A stretch of 64,000 bases of DNA from a virus, in IMG/VR virus record IMGVR_UViG_3300023301_001182, positions 1 through 64,000 of that record, one strand, 5' to 3'. Below are positions 38,937-48,889 of this stretch, piece after piece (positions within the stretch are counted from its first letter, which is position 1; each line of letters starts with the position of its first letter). The notes beneath the pieces are model-generated. The model searched no databases, had not been told where the DNA came from, and was given only the letters and a program-made list of their open reading frames with translations. The position numbers and the translations under genes are program-made.

Positions 38937-39538
38937 GGTATATATAAATTTGTTGGGTTATTTTTATGAATCTCTATATTTGGAAAATGTTCATGAAAAT
39001 CTCTAATATCAAATGGGGATGTTATAATATGTTCACCATTTTTGCTTGGTATTCTACATATAATATTATGATTCCCTTTATTTGGATTAACCTCATAAGT
39101 AAAATCTTTTATTAAGTTATATAACTTATCATTTACTTCACCATCTATATCTAAAATCCATTTTTTATCAATATCATCATTATGTAAACCTACAACAGAA
39201 TTATAAGCTTTATGTGCTTTATTATGTGTTCCGTCTACTAATTGTAAAACAAGTTTACTAATATGTTTCAATTGCATTTTTTTAAAACTTCTTCTATTAA
39301 GATTAATCCCAGCCCTAGCTTGAAATATTTCACAAAGTTGTATAATTTCTGGCATAACAAATTCAAAATGTTCTAAAGATTTAATATAATAACCTTTTAC
39401 TAATCTTGAATTATTATTTGTACTATTAACTTTGCCTATTTTATGATCTTTCTTTCTTTGAAGAATTTGTATAAAATAAAAATCATCATCTGATCTAAAA
39501 TCTAATAGTTCTTTTATTTGTTTATAATTATTTATCAT
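38933..39538 (-). CDS. Conserved phage protein, possible AEP (prim-pol) fold
   Basis: WILDID (DxD) and PSKNGEHII (SxxGxH) match AEP motifs I and II. Confidence 0.45.
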   Translation of the reverse strand: MINNYKQIKELLDFRSDDDFYFIQILQRKKDHKIGKVNSTNNNSRLVKGYYIKSLEHFEFVMPEIIQLCEIFQARAGINLNRRSFKKMQLKHISKLVLQLVDGTHNKAHKAYNSVVGLHNDDIDKKWILDIDGEVNDKLYNLIKDFTYEVNPNKGNHNIICRIPSKNGEHIITSPFDIRDFHEHFPNIEIHKNNPTNLYIP

Positions 39539-40128
39539 TTCTTTAACATTTGTTTAGTAATTTGCTCCTTAATATCTTGATAAGAATAAGGATAAAAATT
39601 GTTTGTATCAACACCTACATCCATTTGTGCAGGGTTATGATTCATAATACCTTTATTACTTAATCCACCATGAACATGTCCAAATAATTGCCAAGAACCT
39701 CTATGAGACCCATTCCAACTATTCATTGGATAATGACACATTACTAAATGTTGTTCACCATATGTAATTTCATCATCTTTAACAAATATTTCAGCTATAT
39801 CAAATATATCTTCCCATAAAGATATGGTATATTCTTTAGCTAAAGCACATTTTTCATGATTACCAATAATTAAATATTTCTTACCATTTAAAGAATTTAT
39901 GATATGTTGAGTATCTCTACTATTAAGACCTAATGCAAAATCACCTAAATGAAAGACTATAGCATCTTTTGGAATTTTTTCATTCCAATTTTTTACTAAT
40001 GTTTGATTCATTTCAATTGAATTTTCAAAAGGTCTATCACAAAATTTAATTATATTAGTATGTCCAAAATGTGTATCTGATGTAAAAAATAATTTATCTT
40101 TATCAAATTTTATTCCTTTTATCTTCAT
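39535..40128 (-). CDS. Calcineurin-like phosphoesterase
   Basis: FTSDTHFGH, HLGDF, GNHE, CHYP, GHVH and DVGVD motifs. Confidence 0.9.
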   Translation of the reverse strand: MKIKGIKFDKDKLFFTSDTHFGHTNIIKFCDRPFENSIEMNQTLVKNWNEKIPKDAIVFHLGDFALGLNSRDTQHIINSLNGKKYLIIGNHEKCALAKEYTISLWEDIFDIAEIFVKDDEITYGEQHLVMCHYPMNSWNGSHRGSWQLFGHVHGGLSNKGIMNHNPAQMDVGVDTNNFYPYSYQDIKEQITKQMLKK

Positions 40129-40144
40129 ATTTATTATTTTTTAA

Positions 40145-43100
40145 CTATCCACATTTACTTGAACCACAATCTAGGCATCTTGAACACCCTTCTTCAAATA
40201 TTACATTATTACTGCCACATGAGCTACATGTAGTAGAAGATTTTGAACCATTTGGAATAAATGTTTTTAATACCTTTGCTATTGCAAAATTAAATGAGAA
40301 TAAACTACCACTAGTTTTATTTAGGTCATCTACTATATAATTAATACCTCGTCCATGTCTTAATGAACCTGATATTAATCTAGTAATTATTTCTTGCTCT
40401 TCGTTCATTTTACCAGTAATAATACGATGTCTACTATTATCACCTTCTCCAAGAAATACATAATTACCACTACCTTCTTTTAATATAGAACCTTTACCTA
40501 CTTTAGTGCCACCTAAATAAGCAAAGACTTCATAAGGTTTATCATCCATTAATCCAACAAATACACTATACTTTTTATCACCAGCAGCAGTAATAAACGC
40601 TTCACCTGTTACTTCTTTAGGGCGTTTTATACTATTATTAGTTGAAAATGTATCATTTTTAGAATTATCAGTTATTAGAACTCCACTTCTAGAACCATCT
40701 CTGTAAACAGTGATTCCTTTAGTTCCTTTTTCCCAAGCCATTTTATAGATTTGAGAAACAGTTTCTTCTGATATATCTTTTGGTAAATTTATTGTAGATG
40801 AAATACTATGTGAAATATACTTTTGAATAGTAGATTGCACATTTACTCTATCTTCCCATTTAATATCATTTGCTGTACATCCATACCAAGGAGACGTTTT
40901 AAAGAAATTATCTGTATCTATTTTTGAATACCATGATTCAAAAGATTCATTTGGATATTTATTTTTATATTTAATAAATAACCAATCTTGAAATTTAGGA
41001 TGTAATACTTGAAATTCTTGCCAAGTATCTCCCATTTCATCAGTAAAATCTACCTTAACACCTTCATTATTAGCATTAATCTTTTTTCTACGTGTATAAA
41101 ATGGTTGAAATAATGGTTCAATTCCAGATGTAGTTTGTGTCATTAAACTTACTGTACCAGTCGGAGCGCATTTGTTATGTATAAGTTCTTTATCTTATAC
41201 TCTCCTCTTTTCAAAGGAGTATCGGACTATATCATCATCCTTAGTAGGATGCTGGATTTTCGTGGGAGAGATTATTGTTAGGCTCACTCTCCTAGTCTCT
41301 GAACCTTCTAAACTCTTTTAACCTAAGTTTAGCTTGGCTGCTGATTAACATGTTTTACCACATTATTACAAAATTGTATAAATTCTTTGTTATTTAAAAT
41401 GTTTTTCATAATATTAACTTTTTTATCTAACCATTGAATATTACCTTCAATATAACCTTTAGAAGAGTCTATTCTATCTAATGATGCATTAAATATATTA
41501 TAATTAATATTTCTATTTCCATTTTTAATATTTGTTATTGGTATTGTTTTATCTTCTGGTCTTAATATAATTTTTTTACCAGATAATGCACATTTATTAT
41601 TTTGTTTATTAAATATATTCCATGCGTAATCTAAAGATATATCAAAAACTATATTTCTTCTTTTAGCACTATATTTATAATGATTAAATAACATCTTAGA
41701 TAAATCACCTATTCCCTGATGTGAAGGAGAAAAGTCTTTTGAATGCATTTTATTTAATTTAATATTATTTAAATATTTTTCTTTATTAGAACATACTTTA
41801 CATTGTCCTACTTGATTTGATTTTAATATATCAGCCCTAATAAATTTTTCATTTCCACATTTACATTTAACTAACCAATAAGACTTTCTGTCTTTTGTAG
41901 TAGCTATATTAGTAGAAATTACTGTATAATTTTTAAATATTTTACCAATAACTGGGATTTCTTTTTTATGTGCCCCACACACAAGAATAAATTTATTATT
42001 TTTCATAAGTGTACCGTTTGGTGCAAATATACGAAAAATAAGTTTAATTACCAAACATTTTAGTAATTATTTTATAATAATTTTTGTGATAAAATTTAGC
42101 TTTCCAGCAATTTATCCAATTTTTCAAAGTATATTACTATACTAAGCCGCCATTGACGGTGCTCCATGATACATTTCTACGTCCAAAAGTCATCATCCTA
42201 AAAGCTTGTTTAGGAAATTCACTTAATATAAAATTATAAAAATCATTACCACCTTTATCTTCATATGAACCACCTTCATTTGGATACTCTAACTTGTTAT
42301 CCCATCCTTCAAATGTTCCTCTTAAAATAGCTAGGTCGATAGTACAATCTAGCTCAGATTCCATTTTAGTGTACATTATAGAGTCTATAATCTTATTTGC
42401 TTCCTCTGAACCATACTTTAAACCTAATGCTGCTAGAACGTCTCCTAGAGCTGTAAAACCTAAACCAGTTCTTCTACTTGATAAAGCAGTTAATCTTATT
42501 TTCTTCCATAATGCCATTTCTGTAAACTTCAGCATCATTGGTTCTGGGTCCATTTCAATCTTTGCAATGATTCTATCAATATGTTCAATGTCTAAATCAA
42601 TAAGATTATCACTAAGTCTCATTGCTTCATAGTTGATTTCATAAAAATCATCAAGATTAAATTGTGCCTCTTTAGTAAATGGTTTCTCTACAAAGTTATA
42701 CAAGTTCACTGCTATTAATCTACATGCGTCATAAGGTTGCATTCCTATTTCACTGCATGGATTTGTAGTAACTTGTTTAAATTGTGGATAAACTCCATCT
42801 GGACTGTAATTAACCATCTTATCCCAGTACATAAGTCCTGGTTCTGCTACACTATGTGCAGATTTAATGATTTCATCCCAATATTCCTTAGCTTTAATCT
42901 TTTTAATATATACAGAATTACCTGTATCTCCATCATAAACACTATATGATGTATTATATTTAAATGAGTCCCATCTTGGTTGCTTACTGGCTTCTTCTGT
43001 AGTAGCCCAATAAGCATTATCAATATTAACAGTTGTAGGAAATCTTAAAATATAATCTTCATCAGCTTCTACAGCTTTCATAAACTCATCATTAAGTTTA

Positions 43101-43759
43101 ATAGAGATATTAGCACCTGTTACTTGTGACAAATCTCTTTTCATCTTAATAAAGTCCATAATATCAGGATGTCTTACATCCATTGATATCATAAGAGCTC
43201 CTCTTCTACCATTCTGTGCAACTTCTCTAGTAGTATTACTAAATCTATGCATAAATGATACAGCTCCTGTAGAAGTCTTTGCAGCATTACTAGTTGGAGC
43301 CATATTAGGACGAAGTGTAGATATATCAATACCTACACCACCTCTTCTTTTTTCTAACTGTGCAATCTCCTCATCTTTTTGAAATATTCCTCCATATGAA
43401 TCTTCAGGTTGACCTACAACAAAACAGTTGGAAAGACTGCCTATTGATGAACTACCTAATTGAGACATTATTGAACCTTGAGGTACTATATACTTAAAAT
43501 CTTTAAATAGATTATAAATTATACCTTCAATATGTTCTTCTTTAAAGTCTCTATTTACTCCATATTCTGATAAAAATTCTATATTCTTGGAACTTTCTTC
43601 ACTTTTGTTTTTTAATTCAATCCTAGCAAATTCTTTTGCTAATCTTTTGTGCATATCATCAGGAGTTTTCTCTCCTTGTAAAGCGTATTTATCTAACCAC
43701 ACTTGAGCAGCTAAATCATCACCTTTAAAATACTCTAATAATTCATCATTCATCTTCAT
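40145..43759 (-). CDS. nrdJ: Class II (AdoCbl) ribonucleotide reductase, spliced: exon 1 43759-42156, exon 2 41168-40145 (~875 aa)
   Basis: SNCF, RRGGVG, GRRGA, TNPCSE, RRTGLG. The spliced junction gives RNVSWSTV-APTGTVS..TSGIEP. C-terminal Zn ribbon CSSC..EEGC..C..CG.SKCG. Confidence 0.92.
41329..42006 (-). CDS. Intron-encoded HNH-like homing endonuclease
   Basis: YWLVKCKCG, CALSG and ASLDRIDSSKGYIEGNIQW..N.MK motifs. Likely ATG at 42006, downstream of its own promoter; the C-terminus overlaps the intron Q element. Confidence 0.85.
   Translation of the reverse strand: MKNNKFILVCGAHKKEIPVIGKIFKNYTVISTNIATTKDRKSYWLVKCKCGNEKFIRADILKSNQVGQCKVCSNKEKYLNNIKLNKMHSKDFSPSHQGIGDLSKMLFNHYKYSAKRRNIVFDISLDYAWNIFNKQNNKCALSGKKIILRPEDKTIPITNIKNGNRNINYNIFNASLDRIDSSKGYIEGNIQWLDKKVNIMKNILNNKEFIQFCNNVVKHVNQQPS
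42024..42055 (-). promoter_or_regulatory. Intron-internal Bacteroidota-type promoter for the HNH gene
   Basis: - strand TTTG-N20-TATATTTG. Confidence 0.75.
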
Positions 43760-43811
43760 TCGTGTTTTTTACAAAACATTTACATATCACTCATCATTAT
43801 TACAAATAATC

Positions 43812-44357
43812 TTATTTTATAATATTTGTTACCTCAAATGTCTCTCTTACCAGACAGGTTATATCTGATAATTCAGCGCCTTCTGGTAGAGTTACATTTA
43901 ATTTTTTTTCTAATTCTTGTTTTAATTTATTGTCTTGATATAATACTTGTTTTAAAGTCATTAAAAATTTTACTGCGTTTAAGTTACCTGCATAAATATT
44001 ACCAAAGAAATTTATTATTGTATCTTTGGCATCTTTCCCATACTTAGAATACTTACCTTGTTTAAAAAGGTTATATTCTCTTATATATTCTTCTGGAAAT
44101 TCAAATATATATAACACTTGGTTATCTATATCTACGGAATCTATAAAATACGGATTCTCTACTAATTTATGTTCATAAGCTGTAAACTCAGGGTTCTTAA
44201 ATGAAAAATTGTATAATAAAAACATACAATTTTCATACTTTTCATTTGGATCCATTATATATGTATCTACCAAACTACTAAAGAACTTAATTTCAACTAC
44301 TTCAGCTAATAATGGTAATAAGTAAGTTTTAGATTTATTATATCTAATATTACTCAT
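43812..44357 (-). CDS. Conserved crAss-like hypothetical protein
   Basis: 181 aa; YLLPLL and F..GKYSK motifs. Confidence 0.55.
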   Translation of the reverse strand: MSNIRYNKSKTYLLPLLAEVVEIKFFSSLVDTYIMDPNEKYENCMFLLYNFSFKNPEFTAYEHKLVENPYFIDSVDIDNQVLYIFEFPEEYIREYNLFKQGKYSKYGKDAKDTIINFFGNIYAGNLNAVKFLMTLKQVLYQDNKLKQELEKKLNVTLPEGAELSDITCLVRETFEVTNIIK

Positions 44358-44362
44358 TTCTA

Positions 44363-45373
44363 TTATGTTTTAATATTAAAAAACTTATCGTTCAAGTCTA
44401 TAGTACCTTTACCTTCTATAATATTTCTAGGAAATGTAAATTCCTTATTTGCAAAATGCCATACTATTTCATCTAGGGTTTCATCTAATCCTTTATAAAG
44501 GTAACCACTAGTTGTAGTAAATCCATCGCAAGCTGCATCATGCCATTTTTGTGTTATATCAAACACTAATGGTATTTGTTCAGTTCTTCCAATATATAGA
44601 AATTGAAATGGTAATACAGCGTAATCTTCTACACCAAGTTCTTTCATAATAGTAGGCACTGCTTTCATATAAATTGCTTCTTGAAAGTAATATCTATATT
44701 TTAAAAAACTTGTTAAAAATTCACTGGATTTTGATTGACCAGTTTTCAAATCAATTAATCTTATTGTTTTTTGTTCATGGTCCAATATAACCATATCAAT
44801 AATTCCTCTAAATTTAACATTTCTATATGTTATTTCAAATTTATATTGATCTTTCCTTTCAAATCTATCTGAAAAGATATAACTTGAATGAGTATGCGTT
44901 TGTAGCACTAATGCTAAATCCATACCCAAATTCATTTGAGAGGTAGTAATAATAGTTTTCCCATCTGTATTGTAGTGGGATTTAAGATAATCCCAAAACT
45001 CTGGAATATCAAAATTTGCAATCAAAGTTTCATCTTTACTTCTTTTCCAAAACTCATTCTTTTTAACTATACTTAATACTTCTTCTTTTGTTGGTATAGT
45101 AACATAATTTTTTAATATTATATCTACTACCTTACCTAATGTTGCTGTTGGTTTTTCACCATCAAATATTTCATATATACTATGAAATTTATCTCTACTA
45201 AATAGCCAATCATCAGTAATAGAACCTATCCTAACTCCTTCTGAGTTAAGTTCTCTTCTTGCTATTAAAGCTCTAGGCCCATTTCTACTAAAATCAGATG
45301 TTCTACTATAACTTAAATAAATATCAACATCTACATTTGAGCCATACAGCTCGTCCAATCCTTCATCTTTCAT
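44363..45373 (-). CDS. PD-(D/E)XK nuclease (exonuclease VIII-like)
   Basis: LSYS, FRGIIDMV..IRLIDLKT..YRYYFQEAIY. Confidence 0.8.
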   Translation of the reverse strand: MKDEGLDELYGSNVDVDIYLSYSRTSDFSRNGPRALIARRELNSEGVRIGSITDDWLFSRDKFHSIYEIFDGEKPTATLGKVVDIILKNYVTIPTKEEVLSIVKKNEFWKRSKDETLIANFDIPEFWDYLKSHYNTDGKTIITTSQMNLGMDLALVLQTHTHSSYIFSDRFERKDQYKFEITYRNVKFRGIIDMVILDHEQKTIRLIDLKTGQSKSSEFLTSFLKYRYYFQEAIYMKAVPTIMKELGVEDYAVLPFQFLYIGRTEQIPLVFDITQKWHDAACDGFTTTSGYLYKGLDETLDEIVWHFANKEFTFPRNIIEGKGTIDLNDKFFNIKT

Positions 45374-45383
45374 AATTTGTTTA

Positions 45384-45632
45384 CTATGTTGCGTCTATTA
45401 AAACATCTAATACAAGATTTTCTAATTCTTGACAATATAATAATTGTTTTACATCAACTTCATCTGTTGTAAAAGAAGCTGTAATATCTAAAAACTCACA
45501 CTTTTCATCTACTAATAATCTAAGGTCGGTTAATTTATTAGTTTGTAAATAGTTTATTGCTTTAATATATTCTTTATCTTCAAAAACAAATTTAAATAAA
45601 TTGATAATTTCTAGTCTTGTTTCTCTAGTCAT
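45384..45632 (-). CDS. Hypothetical protein
   Basis: 82-aa ORF, tightly packed. Confidence 0.5.
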   Translation of the reverse strand: MTRETRLEIINLFKFVFEDKEYIKAINYLQTNKLTDLRLLVDEKCEFLDITASFTTDEVDVKQLLYCQELENLVLDVLIDAT

Positions 45633-45633
45633 T

Positions 45634-46116
45634 TTAAAATATTTTTATAAATACTCCTGGGTTTACTGAATCTACAGTAAACCATCTTGTTGTTCTTAGA
45701 TTTTTTGTAGTTGGTAATTCACCATCTATACTCATAGGAATAGGGAAGACAAATTCTACATTGTCATCCTCTATAAAATTATGTGCAGTAAATAAATCTT
45801 GAATAATCTCAACACTATTGCTGAAATCAAACAATCTTTTACTACCTCTCACATGGTGATAACCTATAAATAATGGGTTTTCTTTACCAATCTTCATTTC
45901 TTCAAATTGAACTCTAAGATTTTCAATTTGATTAGGACGTGTAATATCTACATATCCTTTCACTTCCTTCTTTCTAGAATTAAAGGACTGAATACCCAGC
46001 TTCCTAATGTATTTGTTTACAGTAGGAGAGCTGAATATGCCTTTACTAGTTTTTACTTTTGAGTTTTTTAAACTCGGTACATTATTTGGTATCCAAATCA
46101 TTTCTTTCTTTTTCAT
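45634..46116 (-). CDS. RusA-like Holliday junction resolvase
   Basis: VPSLKNSK and KRLFDFSN..IIQDLF..IEDDN resemble the RusA pattern D.DN..K...D......DD. Confidence 0.55.
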   Translation of the reverse strand: MKKKEMIWIPNNVPSLKNSKVKTSKGIFSSPTVNKYIRKLGIQSFNSRKKEVKGYVDITRPNQIENLRVQFEEMKIGKENPLFIGYHHVRGSKRLFDFSNSVEIIQDLFTAHNFIEDDNVEFVFPIPMSIDGELPTTKNLRTTRWFTVDSVNPGVFIKIF

Positions 46117-46432
46117 TGTAATATTTAATAAAGCCTATTATTTGGTCATAAACATGATTAATATTAATACTTAGCTTAATTTCTTTAGAAAATTGCCCTG
46201 ATGTAAGAATATAATCATAATAATCATCTAAATTATATATTCTTCCAACAACTGGCATTAACCAATCCCAAGAAACATTATAAGCTAATTCATACCTATC
46301 AGATTCATATGAAATATCCGACCAATACGGAACTTTTCTTGATTTATCTTTATTAATTACATAGTCTTTACCATATATAGGATGAGTTTTCCATCCCATA
46401 AATTCTGCAATAAGTTTATTATTTTCTACCAT
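46082..46432 (-). CDS. Hypothetical phage protein
   Basis: NKLIAEFMG...SWDWLMPVV pattern recalled from Bacteroidota phage proteins. Confidence 0.6.
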   Translation of the reverse strand: MVENNKLIAEFMGWKTHPIYGKDYVINKDKSRKVPYWSDISYESDRYELAYNVSWDWLMPVVGRIYNLDDYYDYILTSGQFSKEIKLSININHVYDQIIGFIKYYNEKERNDLDTK

Positions 46433-47154
46433 ATTATTTTATTTGATTCTCCTCCTAACTGCTCTAAAATATCATTAGCCTCTTTAGTAAATGAAGCGTC
46501 AAATTTTCTTTTATTTGCTATAGATTCAGCAGGGTGTTCAGCACATACTATATGATTATTTCCTGTAATATAAGGTTTAAAAGCCTGTGCTTCATCACCT
46601 AATAGAATAAATACAGTATTTTGATGCCATGAACAAATTGTTTTAATTACCTCTCTAGTAAAGTTTTTCCAATATAACTTATGTTGCATTGGTTCTTTTG
46701 CTAAACTAGAAGTTAAAGCAACATCCATAAAGAATACGCCTTGGTTAATAATATCTTTAAATGTAGGATCTTGATGCATTTTAAATCCATCATACTCACT
46801 TTTCTCAATACCTTTAATAAAAGCTATTAATTCTTGTGAGAAAACATGACCATACGCATCGTTATTACCTAATGGTATACCCATACTTCTAAAATTTGTG
46901 TAAGGTTCTCTACATAGTATTACAGTTTTAATAGTTGCAAAACTAGTGTCTTTAAAACATTTAAAAATATCTTCTTTTTTGGGATACATATTCCCTCCTT
47001 TATACTTTTCATGAAGAAATAACATAAGATTTTCCATATATGGAGTATCGAGCAGACTATCTTTCAATACGTCTGCCCAATCTTGTTCCATAAGTTTGTC
47101 ATGATCTATGTTTAAATCATAGTCAATGTTAACTATACTCATTATCCTCTCCAT
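46426..47154 (-). CDS. Family-1 uracil-DNA glycosylase homolog with altered active-site motifs
   Basis: Colinear with E. coli Ung: YP..EDIFKCF, VILCREPY (vs VILGQDPY), QGVFFMD (vs QGVLLLN), W..FT, VFILLG..AQ, HPAESI (vs HPSPLS), AN..L, I.W. Confidence 0.8.
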   Translation of the reverse strand: MERIMSIVNIDYDLNIDHDKLMEQDWADVLKDSLLDTPYMENLMLFLHEKYKGGNMYPKKEDIFKCFKDTSFATIKTVILCREPYTNFRSMGIPLGNNDAYGHVFSQELIAFIKGIEKSEYDGFKMHQDPTFKDIINQGVFFMDVALTSSLAKEPMQHKLYWKNFTREVIKTICSWHQNTVFILLGDEAQAFKPYITGNNHIVCAEHPAESIANKRKFDASFTKEANDILEQLGGESNKIIW

Positions 47155-48887
47155 ATAACTTGACCAGGTGCTACAACCTCAGGCATAGGTGCAACATCCT
47201 CATCTATCATACCTCTAATTTGAGCAGCCATACCACGCCCACCATCAATAAAATTAGGATTAAAATCTCCACCAATTCTTTCATCGAACCCATAGTTAAC
47301 TATATAATCCTTATCATTACCACGTTTACTAACACGAGTTTTAGATAATTCTATATCATCATCTGTAGCTTTACTCCAAACAATACGTTTTCTATTTTTA
47401 AAATTATCCTCATCCCCATTAATAATACCTTGTCTTGCATCACCATAAAAATGATCTTTTCTATATCTAAGATACTCATAAAGATATCCAGCATAGATAT
47501 TTATGTCATTATTTCCATATTTAGTATATCCAGCCATTTTATAACCTATATCTGAAATACTTAAACCGTTTAAGATTTCAGGTTTTTCAAGAATAGCTTT
47601 TTCATTCTCTATTACAAAATTTATAATAGATGCACATAGCATTAGGTAATACATAATTTTTTCATGGTCATATGTTGGAGTATGTAATCTAAACTCCACG
47701 GTCTGCTTATTTCCAAATAATAATGGAATAAGATTAACCCAATGATAACGACTTCTAATATTCCATTTACTGTTCCCACGAGGGTCAGATGGATGATATT
47801 CTACATTACTTAAATCATATCCTACATTTTTATACTTTTGGCCCATTGATAAATAACTATAAAGTATACTAAAATTATCTTTTAATTTACTTTTAGTAAT
47901 TACTTTATCAAATTGAAACATTGTCTCATTAAAAGGATAAGGTCTAGTATAATGTTTTCTTTTCACACCATAATTAAATTGTTTATATAGTGGGAAAATT
48001 TCATACATTTGGTTTTCAAGTGTACACAATGTTTTAAACAATGCTAACATAAAACCTTCAGTTCTAGGAACATTACCTATATGATAATGAATAGAACAAG
48101 ACTTATCATATGTAGTATACTTTTTTAATGCGTCTACACTATTAATAAGAGTTTGTAATCCTTTTTCTCCTTGTAAAGGTATGGTTGCATATTCTAACCC
48201 GCCTATACTACCATCTCTTAAAGCTATCATACCTACTTCATTAGTCAACGATTGAGGTACTTGCCCTTTAATGGTTTCAAATTCTACACCAAATGTTAAA
48301 TCTCCTAATAACTTACCATATTTTGAAACATTAGAACTAATAGTTGGTTTATAAACATCTTGATGATATTTAATTAAACTACTCATTTGTCCTCTTGAAT
48401 CATATGGTAAACCATTTTTAATATTACTATTAACTTGCCCTGGGTTTATAAATTCCTCAACACGATGTTTTAATCTATGAGCATAAGCATTAAAACGAAG
48501 ATTCATTAAATATCCTCCACCTTTTATTACTTCATTACTTACACATGCATATTGGTCTCCTTCTGGTGTAACTAATTTTGGTAAATCAATACCAGCTTCA
48601 TTACTAAAGAAACCTTTAATTAGTTTATCACCATGTAAACCTACAACTCCTTCAATAAGGTTAGTAGCATTCTTAATAACATACTGTTTTAAAGTATGAT
48701 CAAATATTATATAACCAGTATTACTTTTATAATACTTTTCGTTAATAATATAACATTGTCCTGAGTCTTCTATTGAAATATCGCCAATTTTATAAAAAAT
48801 GCCGTTAATTCTTCTGCAATCAGACCGTTTTTCAGTAGTATCATTTATTGTTACTACCATTTCATTGTCTTTTATGAGTTGTGCCAT
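47142..48887 (-). CDS. Putative amidoligase (Amidoligase_2 / COOH-NH2 ligase fold)
   Basis: TFGVEFET, DGSI..LEY, SCSIHYHIG, RYHWVNL and TVEFRLH motifs. Confidence 0.8.
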   Translation of the reverse strand: MAQLIKDNEMVVTINDTTEKRSDCRRINGIFYKIGDISIEDSGQCYIINEKYYKSNTGYIIFDHTLKQYVIKNATNLIEGVVGLHGDKLIKGFFSNEAGIDLPKLVTPEGDQYACVSNEVIKGGGYLMNLRFNAYAHRLKHRVEEFINPGQVNSNIKNGLPYDSRGQMSSLIKYHQDVYKPTISSNVSKYGKLLGDLTFGVEFETIKGQVPQSLTNEVGMIALRDGSIGGLEYATIPLQGEKGLQTLINSVDALKKYTTYDKSCSIHYHIGNVPRTEGFMLALFKTLCTLENQMYEIFPLYKQFNYGVKRKHYTRPYPFNETMFQFDKVITKSKLKDNFSILYSYLSMGQKYKNVGYDLSNVEYHPSDPRGNSKWNIRSRYHWVNLIPLLFGNKQTVEFRLHTPTYDHEKIMYYLMLCASIINFVIENEKAILEKPEILNGLSISDIGYKMAGYTKYGNNDINIYAGYLYEYLRYRKDHFYGDARQGIINGDEDNFKNRKRIVWSKATDDDIELSKTRVSKRGNDKDYIVNYGFDERIGGDFNPNFIDGGRGMAAQIRGMIDEDVAPMPEVVAPGQVIWRG

Positions 48888-48889
48888 AA

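Larger units (their letters stand above)
41169..42155 (-). mobile_element. Group I intron (IA2-like) in nrdJ, 987 nt
   Basis: 5' exon ends in U (ACC GT) within P1 ccgUc-aau-gGcgg. P2 aguauaGUAAuauacu; P AAUUGCUGGAAA; Q AAUCAGCAGCC; R UUCAGAGACUA; S GAUAUAGUCC; terminal G at 41169. Splicing restores GTC GCT CCG ACT GGT. Confidence 0.92.
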
